This document shows positions 27,084 to 37,155 of a DNA stretch of 64,000 nucleotides, piece after piece. The stretch spans positions 194,813 through 258,812 of the forward strand of contig JAHJQN010000004.1 of the NCBI GenBank assembly GCA_018819225.1, read 5' to 3'. Made by a program: the position numbers and the translations under genes. The notes below the pieces were generated by a model that worked only from the letters and a program-made list of their open reading frames with translations, had not been told where the DNA came from and did no database searches. Within the stretch, counting starts at the first letter, position 1. Each line of letters starts with the position of its first letter. The stretch comes from Candidatus Micrarchaeota archaeon (GTDB lineage Archaea > Micrarchaeota > Micrarchaeia > Norongarragalinales > SBBD01).

Positions 27084-28400
27084 ATGAAGAATCTACCGAT
27101 ATCCGAACAACAGATACGGGCCATTTCAACCGGTAATAACGAACCCGCTTGGATGCGTCAACGACGGATCAGCGCATTCAAGAAATATGACGAGCTGCCT
27201 CCCGAAACTTCCCCGCTTTTTAAAAAGAATTTAGACTTATCGGACATCCCGTGGAATCAATATCAGTTAAAACGAGCGGTACCTAATCCAACCAAACCGC
27301 TCATGCCGCAACCCGCGAACGCCATTATACTCGATTGGCCGACCGCGCTAAAAAAACACGAAAAGACCGTCCGGACGACGTTGAAAACATTATATTTGCA
27401 CGAACCCGAGAATGCGTTCACGGCATTAAATGATGCGGTTTTTCAAAACGGCTACGTCGTCATCATACCCGATAACACGCAATTAGAGACGCCCATTTAC
27501 CTTCCTGCTTACGTTAAAGGAACGAATGGAATTCAAGGGGTTCAAAACCTGATTATCGCGGGGAAAAAAAGCCGTTCTACTTTGATACAAGAAACCGTTA
27601 ACCAACTTCCCATCGGTAAAGGCACGTGTTTTCTATCGATGACGCGAATAGTCGCTCAAGAAAACGCGCACGTCAACGAAGGAACCTTGAGCGCACTCAA
27701 TTCGCAAACCGTATCCTTCACGCATAAAATGGCGGTGGCCGGACCCCGTGCCCAACTGGCGCTAGCCAACGGATTATTCGGAGGAAAAACCAGCATGTCA
27801 AGAACCGAAATCATGTTGCTCGGCGAACGCTCGCACGTTCTGGATGCGGAACTTTCATTTAGCGACGGAAACCAGCGAACCAATAGCACGGCAAATTTGC
27901 ATTTTAAAGGATTCAATGCGACTGGAAAAATAGTGCATAAGAGTATTTTTACGGACCATGCTAAAGGCGTATTCAAGGGAATTATCTCCATTCCGGAAAA
28001 AGCATTCGGTTCCAGTGCGTATCTTTCCAGCCATTCCGTTCTATTAAGCCCATACGCTCAAGCGGATACCATCCCGGCCCTTGAAATTAAAAACAATAAC
28101 GTGAAGGCAACCCACGCCGCATCCGTCGCACGATTGAATGATGAGACCTTATTTTACATCATGAGTCGCGGCATTCGATTGGAAGCCGCGAAAAAAATGG
28201 TCGTCCAAGGTTTCATGGAACCGGTGTTGCGCCAAATCCAAGTACCGGAAGTCCGGCAACACGTCCGGCAATTCATTGCACGAAAAATGGATGGAGAAAG
28301 CATTGAAAATGCGAAACCGACCTGCGTTTCCTATCTGAAAGAAATTCCCGTTAACGCGCCTGCTCCTCCACAATTCGAACGCCACTATAAATACCGGTAA
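27084..28400 (+). CDS. sufD: Fe-S cluster assembly protein SufD
   Basis: SufB/SufD-family paralogue directly after sufB. Confidence 0.8.
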   Translation: MKNLPISEQQIRAISTGNNEPAWMRQRRISAFKKYDELPPETSPLFKKNLDLSDIPWNQYQLKRAVPNPTKPLMPQPANAIILDWPTALKKHEKTVRTTLKTLYLHEPENAFTALNDAVFQNGYVVIIPDNTQLETPIYLPAYVKGTNGIQGVQNLIIAGKKSRSTLIQETVNQLPIGKGTCFLSMTRIVAQENAHVNEGTLSALNSQTVSFTHKMAVAGPRAQLALANGLFGGKTSMSRTEIMLLGERSHVLDAELSFSDGNQRTNSTANLHFKGFNATGKIVHKSIFTDHAKGVFKGIISIPEKAFGSSAYLSSHSVLLSPYAQADTIPALEIKNNNVKATHAASVARLNDETLFYIMSRGIRLEAAKKMVVQGFMEPVLRQIQVPEVRQHVRQFIARKMDGESIENAKPTCVSYLKEIPVNAPAPPQFERHYKYR

Positions 28401-28425
28401 CGAAACCGTATCGAAGGTTAATAAA

Positions 28426-29652
28426 ATGATCAACGCCGAACACGTACGAAATGATTTTCCCATTCTAAACAAGAAAAAACAAGGTCAGCGATTCGTCTAT
28501 TTAGACTCCGCGGCCAGTTCTCAAAAACCAATGTCCGTCATCGAATCCATGTCAAACTATTACAAGGAAACGCATTCGAATGTGCATCGCGGACTCTATG
28601 ATGCCAGCGTGGAAGCCACGCGACTCTATGAAGAAAGCCGGAAGAAACTGGCCCGTTTCGCGAATAGCCAACCGGAGGAAATGATTTTTACACGAAACGC
28701 CACGGAGTCCCTCAACCTCGTTGCCCGCTCGTTAGGCGATCAGCTCATCACCAAAGATGATTGCGTGCTCACCACGTACCTCGAACACCATAGTAACCTC
28801 GTGCCTTGGCAACTCCTCGTTCAAAGAAAAAAAGCCCGGCTCGTCGCCGCCCGCATCACTCGTGAAGGCACTCTCGACATGGCCGATTTTGAAAAGAAAT
28901 TGGACGAACAGCCCAAATTGGTCGCGATTACGCTTTGCTCGAATGTGACCGGAACGCTACCGGATATTAAAAAAATGGTCATGAAAGCCCACCAACAGGG
29001 AGCCGTAGTCGTTGTGGACGGAGCGCAAGGCGTTCCCCATATGGAAGTCGACGTGAAATCCATGGGAATGGACTTCATGGCCATAACGGGTCACAAAATG
29101 CTGGGCCCGACTGGAATCGGGGCCCTGTACGGAAAAAAAGAGTGGCTTGAAAACATGCCCCCCTTTCTAGGCGGAGGGGACATGATCAAGGAAGTGAAAA
29201 TCCAGCAATCCACTTGGAACGATTTGCCGTTCAAGTTCGAAGCCGGCACGCCCAATATTTCCGGAGCCATCGGACTCGGAACCGCCATAGACTATTTGAA
29301 CGATCTCGGCATGCATCAGGTTCGCGACCATGAAAAGAAATTATTCAAACACGCGTATGGGGCGTTATCGGAGAGGGGAATGACCGTTTACGGACCATCG
29401 GATGCGGATGAAAAAAGTGGCATCATCGCATTCAACATCGAAGGCCTTCACAGTCACGATATCGCGAGCATTCTCAATGAACGAAACATCGCGATTCGCG
29501 CAGGACATCATTGCGCGCAACCCCTCGTCAACGCGTTGGGGGCCGTGGCGATGGCCCGTGCCAGTTTTTACGTTTACAACACGGAAGACGACATTGATCA
29601 AATGGTTCTCGCGCTATCACACGCCCAGCGCATTCTAGGGAAATCCAAATGA
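28426..29652 (+). CDS. sufS: cysteine desulfurase SufS
   Basis: Class V aminotransferase; PLP lysine region ITGHKMLGPTG; RAGHHCAQP persulfide-cysteine motif. Confidence 0.9.
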   Translation: MINAEHVRNDFPILNKKKQGQRFVYLDSAASSQKPMSVIESMSNYYKETHSNVHRGLYDASVEATRLYEESRKKLARFANSQPEEMIFTRNATESLNLVARSLGDQLITKDDCVLTTYLEHHSNLVPWQLLVQRKKARLVAARITREGTLDMADFEKKLDEQPKLVAITLCSNVTGTLPDIKKMVMKAHQQGAVVVVDGAQGVPHMEVDVKSMGMDFMAITGHKMLGPTGIGALYGKKEWLENMPPFLGGGDMIKEVKIQQSTWNDLPFKFEAGTPNISGAIGLGTAIDYLNDLGMHQVRDHEKKLFKHAYGALSERGMTVYGPSDADEKSGIIAFNIEGLHSHDIASILNERNIAIRAGHHCAQPLVNALGAVAMARASFYVYNTEDDIDQMVLALSHAQRILGKSK

Positions 29653-30050
29653 ATTTGTATCAAGAAAACATTTTAGACCATTACCAGCACCCGCGCAATA
29701 AACGCGTAATGAAGAAAGCGGACATTCGCCGCCGGGAACCGAACCCCGTTTGTGGCGATGATATCGAGATATTCATCAAATTACGAAACGGAAAAGTGGC
29801 CGAAGCGCAGTTCGAAGGAAACGGATGCGCGATTTCCATGGCGGCCGCGTCGATGTTAACGGAAGAACTCATTGGAAAAACGCCGAAAGTCATTTTAAAA
29901 ATGAATCAAAAAAGCATGGTGCAATTATTGGGAGTCGATCCCGGTACGGCTCGAATCTCATGCGCGACCTTGGCATTAAAAGCCACTCAAAATGGGTTGA
30001 TTGCATCCTTGAATAAAACCAATAAACGTCATTCCAAAAAGGGGAAGTGA
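29649..30050 (+). CDS. sufU: SufU/NifU-like Fe-S scaffold/sulfur acceptor
   Basis: NPVCGDDIEI...GNGCAISMAAASM...RISCATLAL with three conserved Cys. Confidence 0.8.
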   Translation: MNLYQENILDHYQHPRNKRVMKKADIRRREPNPVCGDDIEIFIKLRNGKVAEAQFEGNGCAISMAAASMLTEELIGKTPKVILKMNQKSMVQLLGVDPGTARISCATLALKATQNGLIASLNKTNKRHSKKGK

Positions 30051-30051
30051 T

Positions 30052-30882
30052 ATGGATCGATTACGATTCGGAACCGCCGGCATTCCTTTGAAGACCGTCC
30101 AACGGAAAACCGTCTTCGGTATTGAAACGGTTCGATCCCTTCATCTCGATGCCATGGAACTCGAGTTCGTTCATAGCGTCCACGTCACGCCGGAAAAGGC
30201 CCCGTGGATCAAAGAGGCAGCGAAAAAAAACGGTGTCGCGCTCACGTGCCACGCCCCATACTACATGAACCTGAACGCGCAAGAAAAACCCACGTTGGAA
30301 GCCAGCAAGCAACGGCTCATAAAAAGTGCGCGTATCCTGGATCTCTGCGGAGGAAAAAGCGTAGCGTTTCATGCCGCGTTCTACATGAAACAAGAAAAGG
30401 AAACGGTTTATCAAAACGTACGACACGCTCTGAAAGAGATCATGCAGGTTCTGAAGGATGAAAGTATCCCGGTCATCATGCGTCCGGAACTCATGGGCAA
30501 ACCCAAACAGTTTGGATCCTTGGAAGAGATCATTCGTCTCTGCGAAGAAATTGAAAACGTTCAACCCTGTATCGACTGGGGGCATTTCATTGCCCGAACG
30601 AACGGGAAAACCAATTCGAAGGAAGCGTTTGTTGAAGTGCTGGAAACCATGGAAAACCGCCTGGGCCGTGAAACCCTCGACCACGTGCACTTTCACGTGG
30701 AAGGCATTGAATTCGCGGAAAACGGAGAGCGTCGTCATGTGGCGCTCAAGGATTCTCCTCTCAAGTACAAGGACTTGGCGAGCGTGTGGAAGACCTTCAA
30801 GCTCAAGGGAATCGTCATCAGCGAAAGTCCGAACATTGAATCGGACGCGCTATTAATGCAAAAACTCGTCCTCTCGAAATAA
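30052..30882 (+). CDS. xylose-isomerase-like TIM-barrel protein (AP endonuclease family 2 / endonuclease IV-like)
   Basis: Metal-ligand His/Glu/Asp pattern (HAPYYMNL...HAAFY...DWGHF...HFHVEG). Confidence 0.55.
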   Translation: MDRLRFGTAGIPLKTVQRKTVFGIETVRSLHLDAMELEFVHSVHVTPEKAPWIKEAAKKNGVALTCHAPYYMNLNAQEKPTLEASKQRLIKSARILDLCGGKSVAFHAAFYMKQEKETVYQNVRHALKEIMQVLKDESIPVIMRPELMGKPKQFGSLEEIIRLCEEIENVQPCIDWGHFIARTNGKTNSKEAFVEVLETMENRLGRETLDHVHFHVEGIEFAENGERRHVALKDSPLKYKDLASVWKTFKLKGIVISESPNIESDALLMQKLVLSK

Positions 30883-30991
30883 ACGAGACTCGGGAACGGT
30901 ATACAGGCGGTCCGCGTCCTCATTCCTTAGAGCGAAATGGCCCATAATCACTGGAAAAAAGGACCGGAGTTAAACCTTATCCATAATAACC

Positions 30992-31522
30992 ATGAGATTC
31001 ATATCCCTACTCGAACGGATATTGAAACAAGCTCTACGGAGCGATAGGTGGAATCCCATGTTAAACGAAGGAGACAAGGCTCCGGCATTCACGACCAGGG
31101 ACACGAATGGAAAAACCATTTCATCAAGCCAATTCAAAGGAAAACGATTCGTGCTCTATTTCTACCCTAGAGATGACACGCCGGGTTGCACCATCGAAGC
31201 CTGCAGTTTTCGAGATCATTTCAAGGAATTCAAGAAAAGAAAAATAGAGATTCTGGGCGTCAGCATGGACAATGAAACGTCTCACCAGAAATTCTCGAAA
31301 CGCTTCCAGCTTCCCTTCCCGCTATTAGTGGACGAACACGGGGAAATCGCTCAGGCGTACGGAGCGTACGGTGAAAAGAAGTTCTTGGGAAGAACGTTTC
31401 AAGGCGTCAAACGCATGACGTTCATCATCGATAAAAAAGGCCGAATCGCAAAAATATACTGGAAAGTGAAAACGTTCAACCACGCACAGGAAGTCATGGA
31501 ATTCGCCCAGACTCTCCAATAG
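30992..31522 (+). CDS. bcp: peroxiredoxin (Bcp / thiol peroxidase type)
   Basis: FVLYFYPRDDTPGCTIEACSFRD peroxidatic-Cys motif. Confidence 0.85.
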   Translation: MRFISLLERILKQALRSDRWNPMLNEGDKAPAFTTRDTNGKTISSSQFKGKRFVLYFYPRDDTPGCTIEACSFRDHFKEFKKRKIEILGVSMDNETSHQKFSKRFQLPFPLLVDEHGEIAQAYGAYGEKKFLGRTFQGVKRMTFIIDKKGRIAKIYWKVKTFNHAQEVMEFAQTLQ

Positions 31523-31619
31523 ATCATGTGAAAATAACTCGCGCCGTAGAAAAGGTTTACGGAGAACGTTTTAAAAATCCCATTTCCGTAAAGCGGTTAT
31601 TCAAAAAGAATGACGAGGG

Positions 31620-32810
31620 GTGGGATACGTCATGCAGATCGCAGACCGGCAACGACGACTCGGAACCGAAACCGCATTTGAAGTCTTGGCCAAAGCCAAG
31701 GCACTCGAAGCCCAAGGAAAGAATATCGTGCACCTTGAAATCGGGGAACCTGACTTTGACACGCCCCAAAACATCAAGAATGCAGGAAAAAAAGCCATTG
31801 ACAACGGTTTCACGCATTACGGGCCATCGAACGGGCTCGCGGACTTCCGAAACGTCATTGCGGAAGACGCGGGAAAAGCACGCGGAATCGAATATTCACC
31901 TGACGAAGTCGTCGTCGTACCCGGTGCAAAACCCATCATGTTCTACGCGATGCTCGCCTGCATCAACCCCGGGGACGAAGTCATTTACCCCAACCCCGGA
32001 TTTCCCATTTACGAAAGCATGATCGAATACGTGGGTGCAAAAGCCGTGCCCATTAAAATCAAGGAAGAAAAAGAATTCCGGCTGGACGTCGAGGATCTTT
32101 CGAAACTCATTACCCCGAAAACCAAAATGATCATCGTCAATTCTCCTGCGAACCCCACGGGAGGCGTGCTCGAAAAAAGCGACTTGGAAGCCGTTGCCGA
32201 GATCGCGAAAAAACATAACTTGTGGGTGTTAAGCGACGAAGTGTACAAGGAAATCCTGTACGAAGGAAAACATTATAGTATTGCGTCACTGCCGGAAATG
32301 AAGGAGCGCACCATTCTCCTCGATGGATTCAGTAAAACGTTTGCCATGACGGGATGGAGGCTGGGATACGGCATCATGAACAAGACATTGGCGCCTCACA
32401 TGACGCGGCTCATGACCAACTCGAACTCGTGCACGGCCAGCTTTACGCAAATGGCGGGAATCGAAGCGCTCAAAGGACCGCAAGACAGCGTAAAAAAAAT
32501 GGTGTCGGAATTCAAGCGGCGCCGGGACGTGATTGTGGACGGACTGAATGATATCCCGGGGGTTAGCTGTCTGAAGCCGAAAGGCGCGTTCTACGTATTT
32601 CCGAACGTGAAAGAGCTTACGAAAAACGAGAAAACCTCTCAAGAGCTTTCGGACTTCATCATGTACGAGGCCAACGTGGCGTGCTTGCCAGGCACCTCGT
32701 TCGGCGCTTCCGGCGAAGGATATTTGCGTTTCTCGTACGCGAACTCCGTGGAAAATATCCACGAGGCACTCAAGCGCATTCGGGAAGCACTTGAAAACAA
32801 AGGATTCTAG
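31620..32810 (+). CDS. class I pyridoxal-phosphate aminotransferase (aspartate/aromatic type)
   Basis: NPTG, SKTFAMTGWRLGY (PLP lysine), fold-type I pattern. Confidence 0.85.
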   Translation: MGYVMQIADRQRRLGTETAFEVLAKAKALEAQGKNIVHLEIGEPDFDTPQNIKNAGKKAIDNGFTHYGPSNGLADFRNVIAEDAGKARGIEYSPDEVVVVPGAKPIMFYAMLACINPGDEVIYPNPGFPIYESMIEYVGAKAVPIKIKEEKEFRLDVEDLSKLITPKTKMIIVNSPANPTGGVLEKSDLEAVAEIAKKHNLWVLSDEVYKEILYEGKHYSIASLPEMKERTILLDGFSKTFAMTGWRLGYGIMNKTLAPHMTRLMTNSNSCTASFTQMAGIEALKGPQDSVKKMVSEFKRRRDVIVDGLNDIPGVSCLKPKGAFYVFPNVKELTKNEKTSQELSDFIMYEANVACLPGTSFGASGEGYLRFSYANSVENIHEALKRIREALENKGF

Positions 32811-32833
32811 TTTAACCGAGAGGCGAAACGGGC

Positions 32834-34294
32834 TTGAATCTTTCAGGAAAAGAACTGATCGCTCTCGCAGAAATAAAGGAAAAATGGACCTACATGGGAC
32901 GATGGCTCCAACCCACGCTTTCCATGTGTTTCTGGCCGTTATGGGGACATCGACGTACCTATAACGATTTGGGTTTACCGCCCATTCCTGGCTATAATTT
33001 GCAACTGGACGGACATTACGTTGAGTTCAATCCGGACTTCCAGGTCATCGAGCAAGCGTGCCTCGAGGCCTGCGAGAAACACGATGACTCCTTTTTCCGA
33101 CAATACGTAAAAACGGCCGAGCGAACGTGCCGGAATCATCTGGATCTCGCCGGTAAACTGGATTCCAAAAAATCACCTTTGAAGGAAACACTTAAGGCGT
33201 TTTTTGATTCAACCAACCAGCTCGTTGTGCCATGGATTGCGGTCTTTCCGGTTGGTATGGGGGTTGATAAGGCGCTTTCAAAGCAACTGAAGAAAGAAGG
33301 AATCCGACAAATCGAGCTGTTAAGTCACTTCGAGCCTCCAAAGCCAACCATGCTTATGCAACAAGAAAGACAGGCGCGGGAGTTCGCCGAATACGTGAGG
33401 GACGCAGGCGTAATGCACGTTCTTGAAGAACCGCCTGAAAAAATCATGGACGTGCTTTCAATCAATCATGAACAACTGGCCAACCGCATTTCATCGCACT
33501 TGGAGGAATTCGAATGGGTCGGAACGCATCACTGCTGGGGCGAACCCCTTACGGCGGATCGGTTATTCACTCAAATAAAAGAGATGCCCCCAAAAAAAGA
33601 AGAAAAAGAGGAAATGAAAAAGATTTCTGAAGAACTTCAATGGCTTATCCGCTGGCAAAACGAACTCGCTTACTGGAGGCAATACTGTGCCGAAACCTCG
33701 GATGTAGGATTCTTCAAAGCAAGATCCGTATTGAACGAAGCGGCAGCCCAACTCGAATTGTCGTACGAGGAAATCATTTGGTTATCGGACCAGGAAATTC
33801 TCAAGGGACTCGAGAACGCAACCATTCCTTCCAAAGATGAATTGAAAGCAAGAGAAAGAGGGTTCGGGCTGACGGAAGGATTTGCGGACGATGAAATCAT
33901 TATTACGGGCGAAAAGCTGGAACATTTAAAGCGTATTCTGATCCCAACGGTCGACACAACCGTTCAAGAATTCGTTGGAACCGTTGGAAGCAAGGGATTG
34001 GTGATTGGAAAGGCGTTCGTCGCGTTCACGCCACAGGAAGCGGCACCCATGCAGAAAGGAAGCGTATTGGTGGTGCCGCAAACCACGCCCGATTACGTCG
34101 TGGTCATGAAAAAAGCGAAGGCCATCGTAACCGATGAAGGCGGCATGACGTGCCATGCAGCGGTGGTAAGTAGGGAGTTGGGCGTGCCGTGCGTCGTGGG
34201 AACGAAAGTAGCCACGCGAGTGCTCAAAACAGGGGATCTAATCGAAGTGGATGCCCACTCGGGAATCATCAGAAGAATCCGTTCCGGCGAATAG
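32834..34294 (+). CDS. protein with C-terminal PEP-utilising-enzyme mobile (swivel His) domain and uncharacterised ~380-aa N-terminal region
   Basis: C-terminus GGMTCHAAVVSRELGVPCVVG matches PEP-utilizers phosphohistidine domain; no ATP-grasp or TIM-barrel PEP-binding domain recognisable. Confidence 0.55.
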   Translation: MNLSGKELIALAEIKEKWTYMGRWLQPTLSMCFWPLWGHRRTYNDLGLPPIPGYNLQLDGHYVEFNPDFQVIEQACLEACEKHDDSFFRQYVKTAERTCRNHLDLAGKLDSKKSPLKETLKAFFDSTNQLVVPWIAVFPVGMGVDKALSKQLKKEGIRQIELLSHFEPPKPTMLMQQERQAREFAEYVRDAGVMHVLEEPPEKIMDVLSINHEQLANRISSHLEEFEWVGTHHCWGEPLTADRLFTQIKEMPPKKEEKEEMKKISEELQWLIRWQNELAYWRQYCAETSDVGFFKARSVLNEAAAQLELSYEEIIWLSDQEILKGLENATIPSKDELKARERGFGLTEGFADDEIIITGEKLEHLKRILIPTVDTTVQEFVGTVGSKGLVIGKAFVAFTPQEAAPMQKGSVLVVPQTTPDYVVVMKKAKAIVTDEGGMTCHAAVVSRELGVPCVVGTKVATRVLKTGDLIEVDAHSGIIRRIRSGE

Positions 34295-34331
34295 TATTTA
34301 AGTTGCGTGTTCATGAAAGATTGGAATCGTT

Positions 34332-35057
34332 ATGAAAATCGCGGCGCGTATCCGGAAAGCGTGGAGGAAGCTCAGGAAAGAGAAGCCACAAAACGGGATA
34401 TTATTTGAAAAAGAAAAAGGCCGCGTGGAACTCGAAGTCGCTAATGATTTCAAGATCCGACTCGATTTGTTCAAGGAATTCAAAGGCAGGAATCGATGGG
34501 GATTCGAGCTGACGGCCATGAACAAAAGCGACATTAAATACGCGGAAATCGTGGTCGCGTTCAATCGGAAAAAAGGAGTGCAAATCAAGGAGTTGCCTCC
34601 GGAAAGCATGCGCGTTAAATCCGTCGAGTTCACGAAAGACGAACTCTCCATCAACAACGTGCTCGTGGAAGTCTACCGATTATCCGGAAACGAAAAACAA
34701 AAGAAGAGTTTTGTCGTGCCCATGCACGAATACTTTGAAACCTTGCGCGGAACCAAATATTTGACGGTCGTGGAAGGTGCTGGAAACGACTCGGAAATCG
34801 AACGGCAAAAGCAGGCCTGGCGAACCGCCAACGCCGCCACGCTGAAAGGCTTGAGCTTGCCCCGCGTCCACACGGAAACCACGCTGGATTTGCAGGCTCG
34901 CATTCAAGAACTCGAAGAACAAAAACAGAATTTAACCAAACAATTCATGAAACGGGAAATCAGTTACAACGAGTACGCCGAAGTATTGAACTCGATCTCC
35001 AGGGAATTGAATGCGTCGAAAACCAAGCTCGACCACATGAAAAAGGATTTAGAGTAA
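34332..35057 (+). CDS. hypothetical coiled-coil protein
   Basis: 241-aa ORF, C-terminal heptad-like region; no motif. Confidence 0.4.
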   Translation: MKIAARIRKAWRKLRKEKPQNGILFEKEKGRVELEVANDFKIRLDLFKEFKGRNRWGFELTAMNKSDIKYAEIVVAFNRKKGVQIKELPPESMRVKSVEFTKDELSINNVLVEVYRLSGNEKQKKSFVVPMHEYFETLRGTKYLTVVEGAGNDSEIERQKQAWRTANAATLKGLSLPRVHTETTLDLQARIQELEEQKQNLTKQFMKREISYNEYAEVLNSISRELNASKTKLDHMKKDLE

Positions 35058-36518
35058 CTAGCCGCTACGCAATAACTCCACGAGCAAGCGTACCCCGAAA
35101 CCCGTTCCGCCTTTCGCCAGACCCGGTTTATCCCGCGTCGTCCATGCCACACCCGCTATGTCCAAGTGAGCCCACGGAATCCCTTCTTTCACGAACGCGT
35201 GCAAGAAAGAGGCGCCTGCAATGGTTCCGGCGGCTCCATTCGCACCAACATTCTTAACATCCGCGACATCGCTTTTCACGTGTTCCAAGTACTCGGGCCA
35301 TAATGGAAGTCTCCAGACGCGTTCGCCTGACACGCGTCCGGCTGATTCCAGTTTGGTTAAAAGCGGATCGTCCGTGCCCATGAGTCCGGCGGCCAAGTCT
35401 CCTAAAGCGACGACACACGCACCCGTAAGAGTCGCCAAATCCACGATGGCTTTCGGATTCATTTCGCTCGCAAATGCCAGCGCGTCCGCCAACGCCAAAC
35501 GACCTTCCGCATCCGTATTAAGAATTTCAATGGTTTTGCCGTTCCTCGCGGTAATAATGTCTCCGGGCTTGCTCGCCGAACCGGACGGCAAATTCTCGGA
35601 CAGTGCGAGGATGCCGATCACGCGTTGCTTAATTTTTAGTTCGGCAGAGGCTTGCAACACGCCGAGTACCGCGATGGCACCTGCCTTGTCAAACTTCATT
35701 TGATCCATGTCTTTCGAAGGCTTGAGGGAAATGCCTCCCGAATCAAAGGTAATCCCTTTTCCAACAAAAATGACGGGTTTTCCGGCGCCGGCATGCTCGA
35801 GGACCACGAGCACCGGCGGTTGTACGCTGCCCTGCGATACGCTAAGGAGCGCATTCATCCTCATTTTCTGCAATTCCGATTTTCCGTAAACCGTGCATTT
35901 GAGGCCGTGGCTTTTCGCCATTTTACCCGCAATATCCGCTACGTTCATGGGCGTCATCTGATTCGCCGGTTCATTTAACACGGCACGCGTCTCGTTCTGC
36001 ACGCGTGCCAACGCGCCGCCGAAACGAACCGCTTTATCGGTGCGCGCTATGTCTCGCTTTTCCACGAGCACATCCACGCGTTCCAGTTGCCCTTCTTTTT
36101 CCTCCTGACTCGTCCGATATTTATCAAACCGGTAAGACGCCAGCTCAACGCCTTCGGCAACGGCTTGCGCATGATTCGCAAGCGCCGGATGCAACAGCCA
36201 TGCGACGTGTTTGCGCTTAAGGCGAGACAGATGAAGAGTCGCTATACCAGCGGTTTCGCGGACTCGATCGCTGGAAAGTTCCTTCTTTTTTCCCATGCCG
36301 ATAGCGAGCAAGCGCTTCCAAGCCGCGTCGCACCTCAAAACAATAACCTGACCTTTTTTCCCGGTAAACTCCTCTTCCTTGAACGCGTTAGCAAGCTGCC
36401 CGCTGACCTGCGAATCGAACGGTTTAACGAAAACGGGAACGCCTTCATTCTCGAAGAGCGGTACAATGAGCGCATCGCACGCGTGTTTATGATCAACGGG
36501 TTGAACAGCCATTTTCAT
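35058..36518 (-). CDS. pepA: leucyl aminopeptidase (M17 family)
   Basis: NTDAEGRLALADAL and DxAG metal-binding region of M17 peptidases. Confidence 0.85.
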   Translation of the reverse strand: MKMAVQPVDHKHACDALIVPLFENEGVPVFVKPFDSQVSGQLANAFKEEEFTGKKGQVIVLRCDAAWKRLLAIGMGKKKELSSDRVRETAGIATLHLSRLKRKHVAWLLHPALANHAQAVAEGVELASYRFDKYRTSQEEKEGQLERVDVLVEKRDIARTDKAVRFGGALARVQNETRAVLNEPANQMTPMNVADIAGKMAKSHGLKCTVYGKSELQKMRMNALLSVSQGSVQPPVLVVLEHAGAGKPVIFVGKGITFDSGGISLKPSKDMDQMKFDKAGAIAVLGVLQASAELKIKQRVIGILALSENLPSGSASKPGDIITARNGKTIEILNTDAEGRLALADALAFASEMNPKAIVDLATLTGACVVALGDLAAGLMGTDDPLLTKLESAGRVSGERVWRLPLWPEYLEHVKSDVADVKNVGANGAAGTIAGASFLHAFVKEGIPWAHLDIAGVAWTTRDKPGLAKGGTGFGVRLLVELLRSG

Positions 36519-36600
36519 GAATCATACACCTATCAGCGCAAACACTGAAACCAGCCTCGTATATAAAGGATTTCATCTCCTGAAGCGGAAGCAAAATGAA

Positions 36601-37122
36601 TCAGATTTTACGCATGTGAAGCCCTTGCAGGAAAGGCCCGTAGTTCTCGCCGAACGTGACCGCTACGGCTCTCGCGCGCAAGGGATTCATGTAACGCATC
36701 GCGACTTTCTCCGTCGCAATCGCGACCGCGTACCGCGTATTGTAAACGATATGGTTCCACCGAGCGTGGTCGCGCAAGCTCACGGGACCGTGACGTTCGT
36801 GCATACGCAACGCGTATAACCGTTTGACCAACGGGGAATGGCGAATCGCTTTCAAAATGGTGTGCACGCGTCTCTGCGGTAATTTAGCAAAGCCTTCTTC
36901 AACGAGGTGCGCGCGATGCGACTCCGTGTCCATGCGTTTCAAGCGTTCGAGCGCCTCCGTTGCAATCTGGGGGTTCTGGCCGATCAGGCCCCAAGTGACC
37001 GCGCGCCATAAGTTAATATCCTTCTCGAGGAAGTGGCCGACGAACAAGTGTCTGCGTGCAGCACGGGTATGCATTTCCAAGGGTTTAACGCGTTCCATGA
37101 ACCGCATTATTGAAAAGCCCAA
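36601..37122 (-). CDS. hypothetical protein
   Basis: 173-aa ORF, helical, His/Arg-rich; no motif. Confidence 0.35.
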   Translation of the reverse strand: MGFSIMRFMERVKPLEMHTRAARRHLFVGHFLEKDINLWRAVTWGLIGQNPQIATEALERLKRMDTESHRAHLVEEGFAKLPQRRVHTILKAIRHSPLVKRLYALRMHERHGPVSLRDHARWNHIVYNTRYAVAIATEKVAMRYMNPLRARAVAVTFGENYGPFLQGLHMRKI

Positions 37123-37155
37123 TAAAAGGGTTTGCTTTCAATGAATTAATGTGAA

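Noticed and set aside
30061-30738. 225-aa minus-strand ORF
   Set aside because: Antisense to the TIM-barrel gene (30052-30882); no motifs.
35221-36548. Plus-strand ORFs of 160, 108, 60, 71 and 153 aa
   Set aside because: All antisense to pepA, which has clear M17 aminopeptidase motifs.
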